In this document: positions 38,604 through 46,969 of the stretch, piece by piece
Position numbering within the stretch: the first letter of the stretch is position 1
Layout of the letters: every line of letters begins with the position of its first letter
NCBI GenBank assembly: GCA_036170915.1
Contig: JAVHQC010000035.1
Span: 264,234 to 328,233, forward strand
Source of the DNA: Cyanobacteria bacterium auto_48_18
GTDB taxonomy: Bacteria > Cyanobacteriota > Vampirovibrionia > Obscuribacterales > Obscuribacteraceae
Reading direction: 5' to 3'
Length of the DNA stretch: 64,000 nucleotides
Position numbers and translations under genes: made by a program
The notes under the pieces: model-generated
What the model was told of the DNA's origin: nothing
Seen by the model: only the letters and a program-made list of their open reading frames with translations
The model's database searches: none

Positions 38604-39125
38604 ATGAAACGTTCGCCCAGGCAAACCCGTTCGAGACACCACAGAGGAAGCGTAATTGCCGAATTCGGTCCGGCAATTTTCATTTTTGTTATGGTGGTTT
38701 TTTTCCCATTTCTGAACATGATTGGAATGGCCATCTCTTATGCTGATTGTCTCTACTTAAATACTTTGCTATTGCGTCAGGCAGCGTTAGAAAATGTGCT
38801 CGTGTTAGATAACAGCACCAACCCTGCATCACTTCAAACAGATCTAACATGTAGTACAGATGCTAATGGCGCCTTGAATATGATCATCAAAAATTGGCAG
38901 CAAATGGGATTAGGTCAATTTGCCAGCACAAGCTCTATGCCCAAACAAACTTGCTATATTGATTTGACGGAAGGCACACCCAAGGTCAAATTTATTCACC
39001 TAGATTTACTAGTTCAGTGCAAACCGTTTTTGCAAATACCATTTTTCCTTCAAGTGCCCGGCATCAATCAACCCGTCACTTTTAAATTTAGTGGGCGATC
39101 GGTAATCGAAAACATACCCAGTTAA
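38604..39125 (+). CDS. TadE-like pseudopilin
   Basis: Prepilin motif RG-SVIAEF (Glu+5) followed by a TM helix. Confidence 0.75.
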   Translation: MKRSPRQTRSRHHRGSVIAEFGPAIFIFVMVVFFPFLNMIGMAISYADCLYLNTLLLRQAALENVLVLDNSTNPASLQTDLTCSTDANGALNMIIKNWQQMGLGQFASTSSMPKQTCYIDLTEGTPKVKFIHLDLLVQCKPFLQIPFFLQVPGINQPVTFKFSGRSVIENIPS

Positions 39126-39142
39126 AATAGCCAGGTGCACCA

Positions 39143-39586
39143 GTGACGGATCGTATTTTCTTGAAGAGAGGTTCAACTAGGCGGCCTACCGGCCAAAATC
39201 TGGTGGAAATTTTAGTGGGCTCCATTGTACTGGTGCCCATTGTGCTGGCCATCATCGACCTCGCTGTGGTGGTTATCGGCGGTGATATCTGCAATGATCT
39301 GGCTAAACAAGCCGCCCGTGCCGCCGCCAATTCTTCTAGCCTGGCTGAAGCAACTGCAGCTGTGGCTGACGTAGAAGCCAACTTTACTAAATCACCCACC
39401 TATCAGGGTCTGGTGCTGAAACTAGATAAATATGACGGCACTGCAGACGGACTTGCCAGTGTGCAATGCAGTGTAGTTATCGTCATGCCTGTACCTGTGC
39501 CGTTTTTAAATGTCGGCCCGACAATGAACGTAAAAACTCAGGCTTCTGAGCCTATTGTTGGTATTGCACCACCGCGCCCAACCTGA
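39143..39586 (+). CDS. TadE-like pseudopilin
   Basis: G-QNLVEI (Glu+5), TM helix, LAKQAARAAA TadE pattern. Confidence 0.8.
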   Translation: MTDRIFLKRGSTRRPTGQNLVEILVGSIVLVPIVLAIIDLAVVVIGGDICNDLAKQAARAAANSSSLAEATAAVADVEANFTKSPTYQGLVLKLDKYDGTADGLASVQCSVVIVMPVPVPFLNVGPTMNVKTQASEPIVGIAPPRPT

Positions 39587-39600
39587 CTTGACCCGCCAGT

Positions 39601-40053
39601 TTACTTGGGCAAAATCGACACGCCGGTGACCAATAACATGATCATTTTGGCATTGAATGCCAAATAGGTGCCCAACAAAAATGATCCTAGTATCAGCTGC
39701 CAGGCTAATACAGCCTGCCTTGGCTTGAGCGTGCGTAAAACGCCGAAGCGCACGGCAATAAAAAACAACAAAATTACCAGCATCAAACCGTCGGCAAGAA
39801 TAGTGCAAAGCTCCCTCTGTTGGGGCATCAGTTGAGCTGCCACCACAATCAATAGTGCCACCACAAGCAGTATCTGAGTGACCTTGTCGCTCTTGCGCAA
39901 TTTGATAAAACCGGTTTCGGCGTGCGCACTCTGCAAATATTTGACGGAAGAAAAAAGACCTTCAACGACGTTGTCGCGGTTCTGGTGATTCTCTAGATTT
40001 CCCGACTCTGATTCCGCTTTTCGAATAGCGCTAAGGTCATCATCATCAGCCAT
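39601..40053 (-). CDS. Hypothetical membrane protein (3 TM)
   Basis: GGGAGA RBS before MADDDD; three hydrophobic segments. Confidence 0.65.
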   Translation of the reverse strand: MADDDDLSAIRKAESESGNLENHQNRDNVVEGLFSSVKYLQSAHAETGFIKLRKSDKVTQILLVVALLIVVAAQLMPQQRELCTILADGLMLVILLFFIAVRFGVLRTLKPRQAVLAWQLILGSFLLGTYLAFNAKMIMLLVTGVSILPK

Positions 40054-40063
40054 TAATCTCTCC

Positions 40064-40408
40064 CTACTTGTATAGAGGCAAAAGCAAAACCGGCACTTCG
40101 GCAATTTCATGATCGACTACTTTTACCGCTGTGGCATTCTCTGCAGCAAAAACTTTGGCAAGGTCTTTCATTGATGTCTTGGCATTGTCGTAAACCACGA
40201 TGGCAGCGTATGGTCGGTAAACTGAAACCATTGCTTTGAGCACACCAGGCCTGGCTTTAAGCTTTTTCTCAATGCGAATTAAACAGGCCGCACAACTACT
40301 ACCGGCCACAACCATATCTGCGCGCTTAAGGGAAGCGCTTACGGGTTGCGGTGTCAGCCAGGCACTGACAATCGAGGTGAACAATAGGACTTGGAGCAGT
40401 TTTCTCAT
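40064..40408 (-). CDS. Exported heavy-metal-associated (HMA) domain protein
   Basis: Signal peptide; GSSCAACLIRIEKKL...PGV HMA motif; start uncertain. Confidence 0.75.
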   Translation of the reverse strand: MRKLLQVLLFTSIVSAWLTPQPVSASLKRADMVVAGSSCAACLIRIEKKLKARPGVLKAMVSVYRPYAAIVVYDNAKTSMKDLAKVFAAENATAVKVVDHEIAEVPVLLLPLYK

Positions 40409-40589
40409 ATATCTGTAGTGTAATGCCATTTTCAAATCAGCGTTTCCAAGCTTGAATATGCCCATTTTGCTCTAAGCGGTTTAACACAGTTAAAACAGTG
40501 GCCGGTTGCCAAGCATCAGAAGGTCGAGATTGGCGCAATCAGTTTAAACGCTGCTAAAATACCTGCTCATGCACATGACTGAATAGAGA

Positions 40590-41927
40590 ATGGACTTTTC
40601 CAGTGAGGATAATATAGTGTCGCGAAGAGTTAGTAATAGAAGTAACTTATTAGCCCTGGCTGCTCTAGCATCGCTGGGCTTTTCATCTATGCCCACCGCA
40701 GCAGAGGCGGCGCTTTCGGCAGGTCAGATTATCACCGCTGTGGAACAAGGAAAGATTCTTGCTAACGGTACTCGAGTCAATGCTGCAGTAAACGGCGCTG
40801 AAGCTTACGTTTCTACCTATCGCAATGCCCGCGCCAATGACAATGACTGCAAAATCGAAGCGGTACTGGTAGCAAAAACCGTCATTGATCTGGCTCCTAC
40901 TGACATTAGTCGAGTGACTGTTTACTTTTACAGCTCGGCCAATCTGAACAAAAGAAAAGTAGTTTCAGTCACAGTGGGTGACGTAAAAGCCTTTGGTGCC
41001 GGTCAGTTAGGTAGAGAGCAGTTGCTCGCTTCTCTGAACATAAAAGATGATGATGTTAGCGACCCGGCCAGCAGACTTTCAGCTTATTTGCAAAACAGAG
41101 AATCGGCACGCAGCCGCAAGCGCATCGACACAATCATGGTGGGCGATACACTTGAAGTAACCGCTGATCTTGATACCGACATGACCGATCGCGATATGAA
41201 ATTCGAAGCTTTAAAAATTGGTGAAAAAGCCATCGAAACCGCCGGTCAAGCCGCAAAGAGAGTGCGCATTAGCTTCTCTGACCCGGCCGCTAAAGGCACT
41301 TTCCGCCAGATAGAGTTTGAATCTTCGCAATTGCGCAGTTTAGACAGCAGCTTGCAATCGGCCTTAAGCAATGTACAAATTGCATCCATCAACGCTAAAG
41401 TCGACGTGCAAAGTCTTAGCACCGCAGACGGTGCCGACAAAGATTTGCGTGACAAAGCTCTCAGTCGCCTCAAAGATTTCGATAGCAAAGGAGTCGGGGT
41501 CGGTCCTTTTCTCAAATCGTTCTTCGCCATTGAACAGTTGATCTCACTTGGCAGTGACGAACAGGCTCACGCCGCCATTCTAAAACTAAACACGGCGCTA
41601 GACGAGCAGGCCGAACGAGCCAAGAATGCTAAAGAAATTAAGCCGGTGAAAACAGCAACAACCGCAGTAGTTGATAAATCGGCACCTGTAGCCAAAAACA
41701 CAAAAAATCGCTTTGGTGGCACAGCTCTTTTGTCTGACAGCGAAATTATGACCGACCCAGAACGAGTTCTAAAATCGCAAGAGACAGAATTAGGTGACCC
41801 CTATAGCCCAAGAATTGTGGCAGTTTACACTCGTATTATCGAAGTGCTGACTGCAGCCAATCGCACCGACGATGCTCGCAAATTTACCGACAAGCTAAAT
41901 TCGGTCAAGTCTAGGCTGACCAAATAA
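40590..41927 (+). CDS. Hypothetical exported protein
   Basis: Long ORF; signal peptide ending AEA; start uncertain. Confidence 0.7.
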   Translation: MDFSSEDNIVSRRVSNRSNLLALAALASLGFSSMPTAAEAALSAGQIITAVEQGKILANGTRVNAAVNGAEAYVSTYRNARANDNDCKIEAVLVAKTVIDLAPTDISRVTVYFYSSANLNKRKVVSVTVGDVKAFGAGQLGREQLLASLNIKDDDVSDPASRLSAYLQNRESARSRKRIDTIMVGDTLEVTADLDTDMTDRDMKFEALKIGEKAIETAGQAAKRVRISFSDPAAKGTFRQIEFESSQLRSLDSSLQSALSNVQIASINAKVDVQSLSTADGADKDLRDKALSRLKDFDSKGVGVGPFLKSFFAIEQLISLGSDEQAHAAILKLNTALDEQAERAKNAKEIKPVKTATTAVVDKSAPVAKNTKNRFGGTALLSDSEIMTDPERVLKSQETELGDPYSPRIVAVYTRIIEVLTAANRTDDARKFTDKLNSVKSRLTK

Positions 41928-41928
41928 A

Positions 41929-42654
41929 CTAATAAATAAACACTCTGCTGCCGACGATTTGTTTGAAAGAATGTTCGGCCATAGTTTGTTGTGACGTTTC
42001 AGATTGATTCGAAATTGCTTGACGACACTGGTCGTCATACAACTGTGAGATTTCATCACAAAGGTCGACAATCTTGGCTTGAAATACTGCAGCGACATCA
42101 GCTTCAGCCTGTTGTAGTGCCATTTTTCGAGCCTGCGACAAATTTGCACCCATGCCGTTATAACTTTTGCCAAGGACGCTGCCACCAGCAAGGCGCGCGG
42201 CAGCAGGTGCCATTTCGTAAACTTTGCGGCAAATATAAACATGCCCATCTTCATGAGCTCGAGTGAGCGCAGAGGCTTTTTTTTCCATCCAGATATTGAT
42301 AGGACAGCTGAGCCGCATTTGCACACCTTTGACTTTTACTCTTAAAGTAGAAGCACCTGCTGTATCGTCAAACTCTTGATCTTCTAACTGAAAATCAGCA
42401 AAGCAGTGGAAAAACCACAATGTGTAAGCTTCGAAGTTCGGATCTTTTTCCACGCTGGGCAGTAAATCTCGCACACCAAAATAGTTTTTATGCATCGCCA
42501 GCGGTGCACACTCGACCCGCACCTCCCTGGCGGCGTTAGCTGTGATTTGCTCATCATTTAGCAAGGTCGGCTTGCCCCCGGTGCAGGCAGAGCAGACGCT
42601 GAGGCATAGAAGTTGAGCGATTATAAGCTGCCAGCGGCTCATGAGGCTGCTCAT
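41929..42654 (-). CDS. Lipoprotein with HExxH motif (DUF922-like putative Zn-metallopeptidase)
   Basis: Lipobox CSAC; AHEDGHVYI motif. Confidence 0.6.
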   Translation of the reverse strand: MSSLMSRWQLIIAQLLCLSVCSACTGGKPTLLNDEQITANAAREVRVECAPLAMHKNYFGVRDLLPSVEKDPNFEAYTLWFFHCFADFQLEDQEFDDTAGASTLRVKVKGVQMRLSCPINIWMEKKASALTRAHEDGHVYICRKVYEMAPAAARLAGGSVLGKSYNGMGANLSQARKMALQQAEADVAAVFQAKIVDLCDEISQLYDDQCRQAISNQSETSQQTMAEHSFKQIVGSRVFIY

Positions 42655-44387
42655 GAAACTACCTTATTGACCTTGTGCTCGAGAATGACCTTACGAGTTA
42701 TATCTGAGCTAATGGAAAGCTGCCTGATTGTCTTTTCTTGAAAAGATCCCGCTTGCGGAGGAATGAATTTAAAAGTGTAGACACCTGAAGGCAAAGTTAA
42801 TCGGCAAATGCCTTGATCGCCTGTGAGCACATAGCCGTAAGGCAGACTCATGGCGCTTCCTGAGGCGGCATTGACACTTTCTTCAGCATCACTTTCACTG
42901 CCGTAAGGATGGTAAAAGACCTGACAGCGAGGCACGGTCTGATCATCATCGCCGAAAACTTCGAACTTAATGCGCGACCAGCCGTGCCAGATAATATCTT
43001 CTTTGACAGGCTCACTGCCTATTTCAATGCGTCTGGCACTGCTAAAGTCTTTATGAACAACAAGCCAGTAGGCACCCGGTGAGAGAAAGAGGCAATAATT
43101 GCCTTCACCATCAGTAATACCATACACCAGAGCACTGCTGGTCAAATCAGGAGCAGCGCCTTGATCGACGAAGGCCGAGACCCGCACACTAGGCCGTGCC
43201 TGGCCTGAATCATCACAAATGCGCCCTTGCAGAGCCGTACCTTCAGTTAGGCGAATGGCTACGTGTGTATCGGCGCCCACCACCACATTGCGCGACCATG
43301 GTGCCAGACTGCTATATTCACAACCATCAATCACTATCGGCGGCGCATCTTTTGGATGAGCCTGCGCCACCAGCTTATAACTTCCTCCCGGCACCGAAAG
43401 CGAGAAGTTGCCTTCATTGTCGGTGCGAGTAATATATTCTTGCTTGCTCTCAAGGCTTTGCACACGAATCAAACTTTGCGATAAAGACGCACTTTCAAAC
43501 ATTACTTGTCCACGCAAGCGATGGCCCTCAGCAAGTGTGAAGCGCTGCTCCGTATTTTCCATCACTGCCAGATCTGTTTGCTGGGCGCCAAACAAAATCG
43601 AACCTGGTGGTGCTTCAATGACTAGATCATAAGAACCAGGCTCAAGCGCTAGTTCAAATCTTCCACTGTTGTCGCTGTATGTCTGGGCGCCAAAACTAAG
43701 TTCATTCAATAGCAAGCTGCGCCTCGAGGCCGCAGGTGAAATTCTTATCTGCGCCTTTTCAACAGGCTGACCAAATACATCTACAATTTCGCCTTTGAAA
43801 GAGAGTAAATCAGGCCATTCCAGCGCCAGATCCACATCTCTATCAACAGTTAAAACATCGCTGTGAGTGGTAATTATTTTGGCATTGTCGGAGTTATCAT
43901 CTGCCGAGCAGCGCAGGGCGATATGATATTTTCCTCTTGGTACACACAAACTGAACTGGCCGTCTGCGTCTACAGCACTAACTTGTTTGTATGATGAAGG
44001 TTCAATTCCTAGTGCCACCACCTCAGTGCCCGCCACCATTTCGGCTGTAACTTGCTTAATCGTGCCAGAGACTATAGAACCTGTACTGAGGCTAATGTTG
44101 AGATTAGTGTTGGTAATCACTTTTACTTCAGGCACAGAGTGCTTAAGAATGCGAGTGGTGGCATCGGGAACCACGTCAATTCGATATACACCAATTTTCA
44201 CCGAAAAGGAAAAATCACCTTTCGCACCGGTTTTGACTTCTTTGAGCGGCACCTGCCCATCCAGATCTTCATTGCTGAACAAATCGAAAAGCTGAACACT
44301 AACTCCTGCTAGCGCCAAACCCTGATGCCTGACGTGACCGGCAAGATTGAAAAAATGGTCGTTAATGGCGAACACTCCGGCTAACAA
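42651..44387 (-). CDS. Protein with tandem carboxypeptidase-regulatory-like beta-sandwich repeats
   Basis: About six repeats of G-x-V...T/D-x2-G-x-F-x-L-x-L/V-x-PG-x-Y. Confidence 0.75.
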   Translation of the reverse strand: MLAGVFAINDHFFNLAGHVRHQGLALAGVSVQLFDLFSNEDLDGQVPLKEVKTGAKGDFSFSVKIGVYRIDVVPDATTRILKHSVPEVKVITNTNLNISLSTGSIVSGTIKQVTAEMVAGTEVVALGIEPSSYKQVSAVDADGQFSLCVPRGKYHIALRCSADDNSDNAKIITTHSDVLTVDRDVDLALEWPDLLSFKGEIVDVFGQPVEKAQIRISPAASRRSLLLNELSFGAQTYSDNSGRFELALEPGSYDLVIEAPPGSILFGAQQTDLAVMENTEQRFTLAEGHRLRGQVMFESASLSQSLIRVQSLESKQEYITRTDNEGNFSLSVPGGSYKLVAQAHPKDAPPIVIDGCEYSSLAPWSRNVVVGADTHVAIRLTEGTALQGRICDDSGQARPSVRVSAFVDQGAAPDLTSSALVYGITDGEGNYCLFLSPGAYWLVVHKDFSSARRIEIGSEPVKEDIIWHGWSRIKFEVFGDDDQTVPRCQVFYHPYGSESDAEESVNAASGSAMSLPYGYVLTGDQGICRLTLPSGVYTFKFIPPQAGSFQEKTIRQLSISSDITRKVILEHKVNKVVS

Positions 44388-44411
44388 GAACTCATTTTAC
44401 CCTAGATCTAA

Positions 44412-45806
44412 TCAGCACTCTGGCCCAAAAAACTTAATGGCCTCGCGTATCGTGGCAAAAGAGCCTGTGGCAACTAAATATGGGGCCCATTTTGATTTAG
44501 CGGGCTCCTGTTCAATTGTATGCCGCCCAATTTTCACCGCCTGCTCAAAATTCTCAGCCACTATGGCTTGAGCACCTAAAGCACGCCCGATATCAGCCAG
44601 TTGCTCTGGTCTATACATATTTCTCTCACTTGCCTGGGCGGCAAAAGTAAGCAGTAAATCGCCTTTTGTCAAAAGCGCTTTAAGCAACTCTTCGGCATTC
44701 TTGTTTTCAAAACAGGTCAATATAAAAATCATTTTTTTGTCAGAGCCAAATTTATCAAGCAGTGAAGCACGTAAGGCTGTTGCTCCATGCGGATTATGGG
44801 CACCGTCTAAAATAAACTTTTTGCTTTCCAAAATTTCAAAGCGGCCGGGCCAATTGGCTTTGCTTAAGCCGCGCTTTAAGCTGGCAAGAGTGTGTGCGCT
44901 ATCAGCACTGATTAACGGTCGAGCAATGCCGCTCACTCCAAGAGCCATAAGCGCCGTTAGAACATTGACTCGCTGGTAAGCACCATTTAGACCCGAGGCA
45001 AAATCGTCTGTTAAAAACAGCTCTTTCAACAAGGCCACAAACTCTTCCACATAATGAAAATCGTATTCAGGAGTTAAATATTCGATGGCAAAAAGACGAA
45101 AAATATCGTTGCTGCTGGCCCCCAGAGAAACATTTTTTATGGCGTACAGAGGGCAGCCTACAGCTATTGCGCGCTCGCGTATTACTTCTAGAGCGTCGCC
45201 ATCACAGGTGGTGAGTACGGGAACACCAGTTTTCAGAATTCCGGCTTTCTCAAAAGCGATTTTTGCTCTGGTGTCACCAAGAAACTGCATATGATCAAGA
45301 TCTACATTGGTAATCACCGACACCAAGACATTGTTTAGAACGTTGGTAGCATCAAAGCGGCCACCAAGGCCGACTTCAAAAACACAAAAGTCGACCTCGC
45401 TCTCACCGTAATATGCAACAGCCATGGCCATGAGAAATTCAAACCATGTGAGCTTACCTAAATCTTCACGCTCTCTACTGAAAGCGAGCGATTGTTGATG
45501 AACGAGCGTGGCGATGCGAGCAAAAGAGATATCGTCGATAGCCTTGCCGTCTACTACAAAGCGTTCGTTGAAGGCAATTAAGTGCGGGCCTGTAAATTTG
45601 CCGCAGCGGTAACCGAGCTCACTCAACATTGAGGCGAGCAGAGTGCTTACTGAACCTTTACCGTTGGTACCACCAACATGAAACGCCTTTAGCTGGTTTT
45701 GCGGATTGCCGCGAGCAGCAAAAAAGCTCTCCACGCGCGTTAAGCTTGGACGCTCAAGAGTCGGCACAAGCGATTTTATGTAGTCAAGACTTTCCTGGTA
45801 ATTCAA
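44412..45806 (-). CDS. folC: Folylpolyglutamate synthase/dihydrofolate synthase
   Basis: HVGGTNGKGS, EVGLGGRFDATN, DHMQFLG, WPGRFE and LDGAHNP motifs. Confidence 0.95.
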   Translation of the reverse strand: MNYQESLDYIKSLVPTLERPSLTRVESFFAARGNPQNQLKAFHVGGTNGKGSVSTLLASMLSELGYRCGKFTGPHLIAFNERFVVDGKAIDDISFARIATLVHQQSLAFSREREDLGKLTWFEFLMAMAVAYYGESEVDFCVFEVGLGGRFDATNVLNNVLVSVITNVDLDHMQFLGDTRAKIAFEKAGILKTGVPVLTTCDGDALEVIRERAIAVGCPLYAIKNVSLGASSNDIFRLFAIEYLTPEYDFHYVEEFVALLKELFLTDDFASGLNGAYQRVNVLTALMALGVSGIARPLISADSAHTLASLKRGLSKANWPGRFEILESKKFILDGAHNPHGATALRASLLDKFGSDKKMIFILTCFENKNAEELLKALLTKGDLLLTFAAQASERNMYRPEQLADIGRALGAQAIVAENFEQAVKIGRHTIEQEPAKSKWAPYLVATGSFATIREAIKFFGPEC

Positions 45807-45847
45807 AAGATACTTTACTGCGGCGACTGAAACTGAATTTTAATTGA

Positions 45848-46483
45848 TTGTGGCTCTCATTTCTTTGCTTTACCATAGACCGTAACTCACTCTTACTTAT
45901 AGATAGCGACAAAATCGAGGCCAAATTGTTATTTACCAGGAAACACTGCACGTCGAGCAAGAGGCTCTGGGAAGGCGGCATTATCAAACTGCGCGTTGAT
46001 ACTCTTAATTCTGAGGGTCACGAGACCATAAGAGAAGTTGTTGAGCACAACGGCGGAGTTGTGATCGCGGGCTGTAATAGCGAAGGCAAGGTTTTACTGG
46101 TCAGACAATATCGATATTCACTTGACCAGGATTTACTTGAATTGCCCGCCGGGCGCATCGAAGCTGGAGAAGACCCGCTACCGGCCGCCCAACGGGAACT
46201 GACGGAAGAGACCGGATATAGCGCCGAAAGCTGGAGTGAGCTATCGCGCATGTTTACAGCACCAGGCTTCTGCAATGAGGTTCTGTATCTCTACCATGCA
46301 CAAAATCTGAGCTTTAAGGGCAAAAATCTTGATTTCGACGAAGAAACCGAGGTGCTTGAACTCACACTCGAAGAGGCCTGGCAAATGGTTCAAGAGGGTA
46401 AAATTCAAGATGCTAAGACCATCGCCGGTCTCGGTCTATTGAGTCGCCTGGCAACGACTGCGCAAGCAGCATTGCCATTATGA
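45848..46483 (+). CDS. NUDIX hydrolase (ADP-ribose pyrophosphatase-like)
   Basis: VRQYRY and the Nudix box ELPAGRIEAGEDPLPAAQRELTEETGY; IQDAKT; true start probably downstream. Confidence 0.9.
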   Translation: MWLSFLCFTIDRNSLLLIDSDKIEAKLLFTRKHCTSSKRLWEGGIIKLRVDTLNSEGHETIREVVEHNGGVVIAGCNSEGKVLLVRQYRYSLDQDLLELPAGRIEAGEDPLPAAQRELTEETGYSAESWSELSRMFTAPGFCNEVLYLYHAQNLSFKGKNLDFDEETEVLELTLEEAWQMVQEGKIQDAKTIAGLGLLSRLATTAQAALPL

Positions 46484-46599
46484 AATTCTTTGAAGCAAAT
46501 TTACCTCTGTAAAGGTCCCTTTAAACCTGCTTTGACCCGAGTGCTACGGTGCTACAATTTGAGACAGTTCAGGAAGTTCGAGTTATCAGGTAGAAAAAT

Positions 46600-46848
46600 A
46601 TGAGTACTCAGAAAAACACCGGCGCATCATTCCCAATCGCAGCGATGTTTATTATCAGCATCATTTCAGCGCTTGTGGTGGCCGGTTCGTTCGAAGTGAT
46701 CAAGGTCTGGCCACTACCTGCCAGTATCGTTCCAATGTTTGCCTGGCGCGGTGGCCTCGGCTGGGGGCTGATTGTTGGCGCAGTCAGTGGTCTCGTTCTC
46801 GGCTTTCTTACTGATGACAAGCATTTTGACGAGCCAAGTGAAGCCTGA
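46600..46848 (+). CDS. Small two-TM membrane protein
   Basis: 82 aa with two hydrophobic helices; AGGT RBS-like sequence upstream. Confidence 0.65.
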   Translation: MSTQKNTGASFPIAAMFIISIISALVVAGSFEVIKVWPLPASIVPMFAWRGGLGWGLIVGAVSGLVLGFLTDDKHFDEPSEA

Positions 46849-46969
46849 TTTCGCCCGCTCGTATTGCAATCTTCTATAATTGGAAAACTATTACAGATTG
46901 GGTATGAACCCAATGTGTATAACTTCAATGTGAACCAATTGAATTTGAAGACCAGCAATTCAGGCCAGT

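Noticed and set aside
40480..40494. TTTAAC-ACA-GTTAAA inverted repeat between divergent genes
   Set aside because: Short, AT-rich and single-copy; insufficient support as an operator
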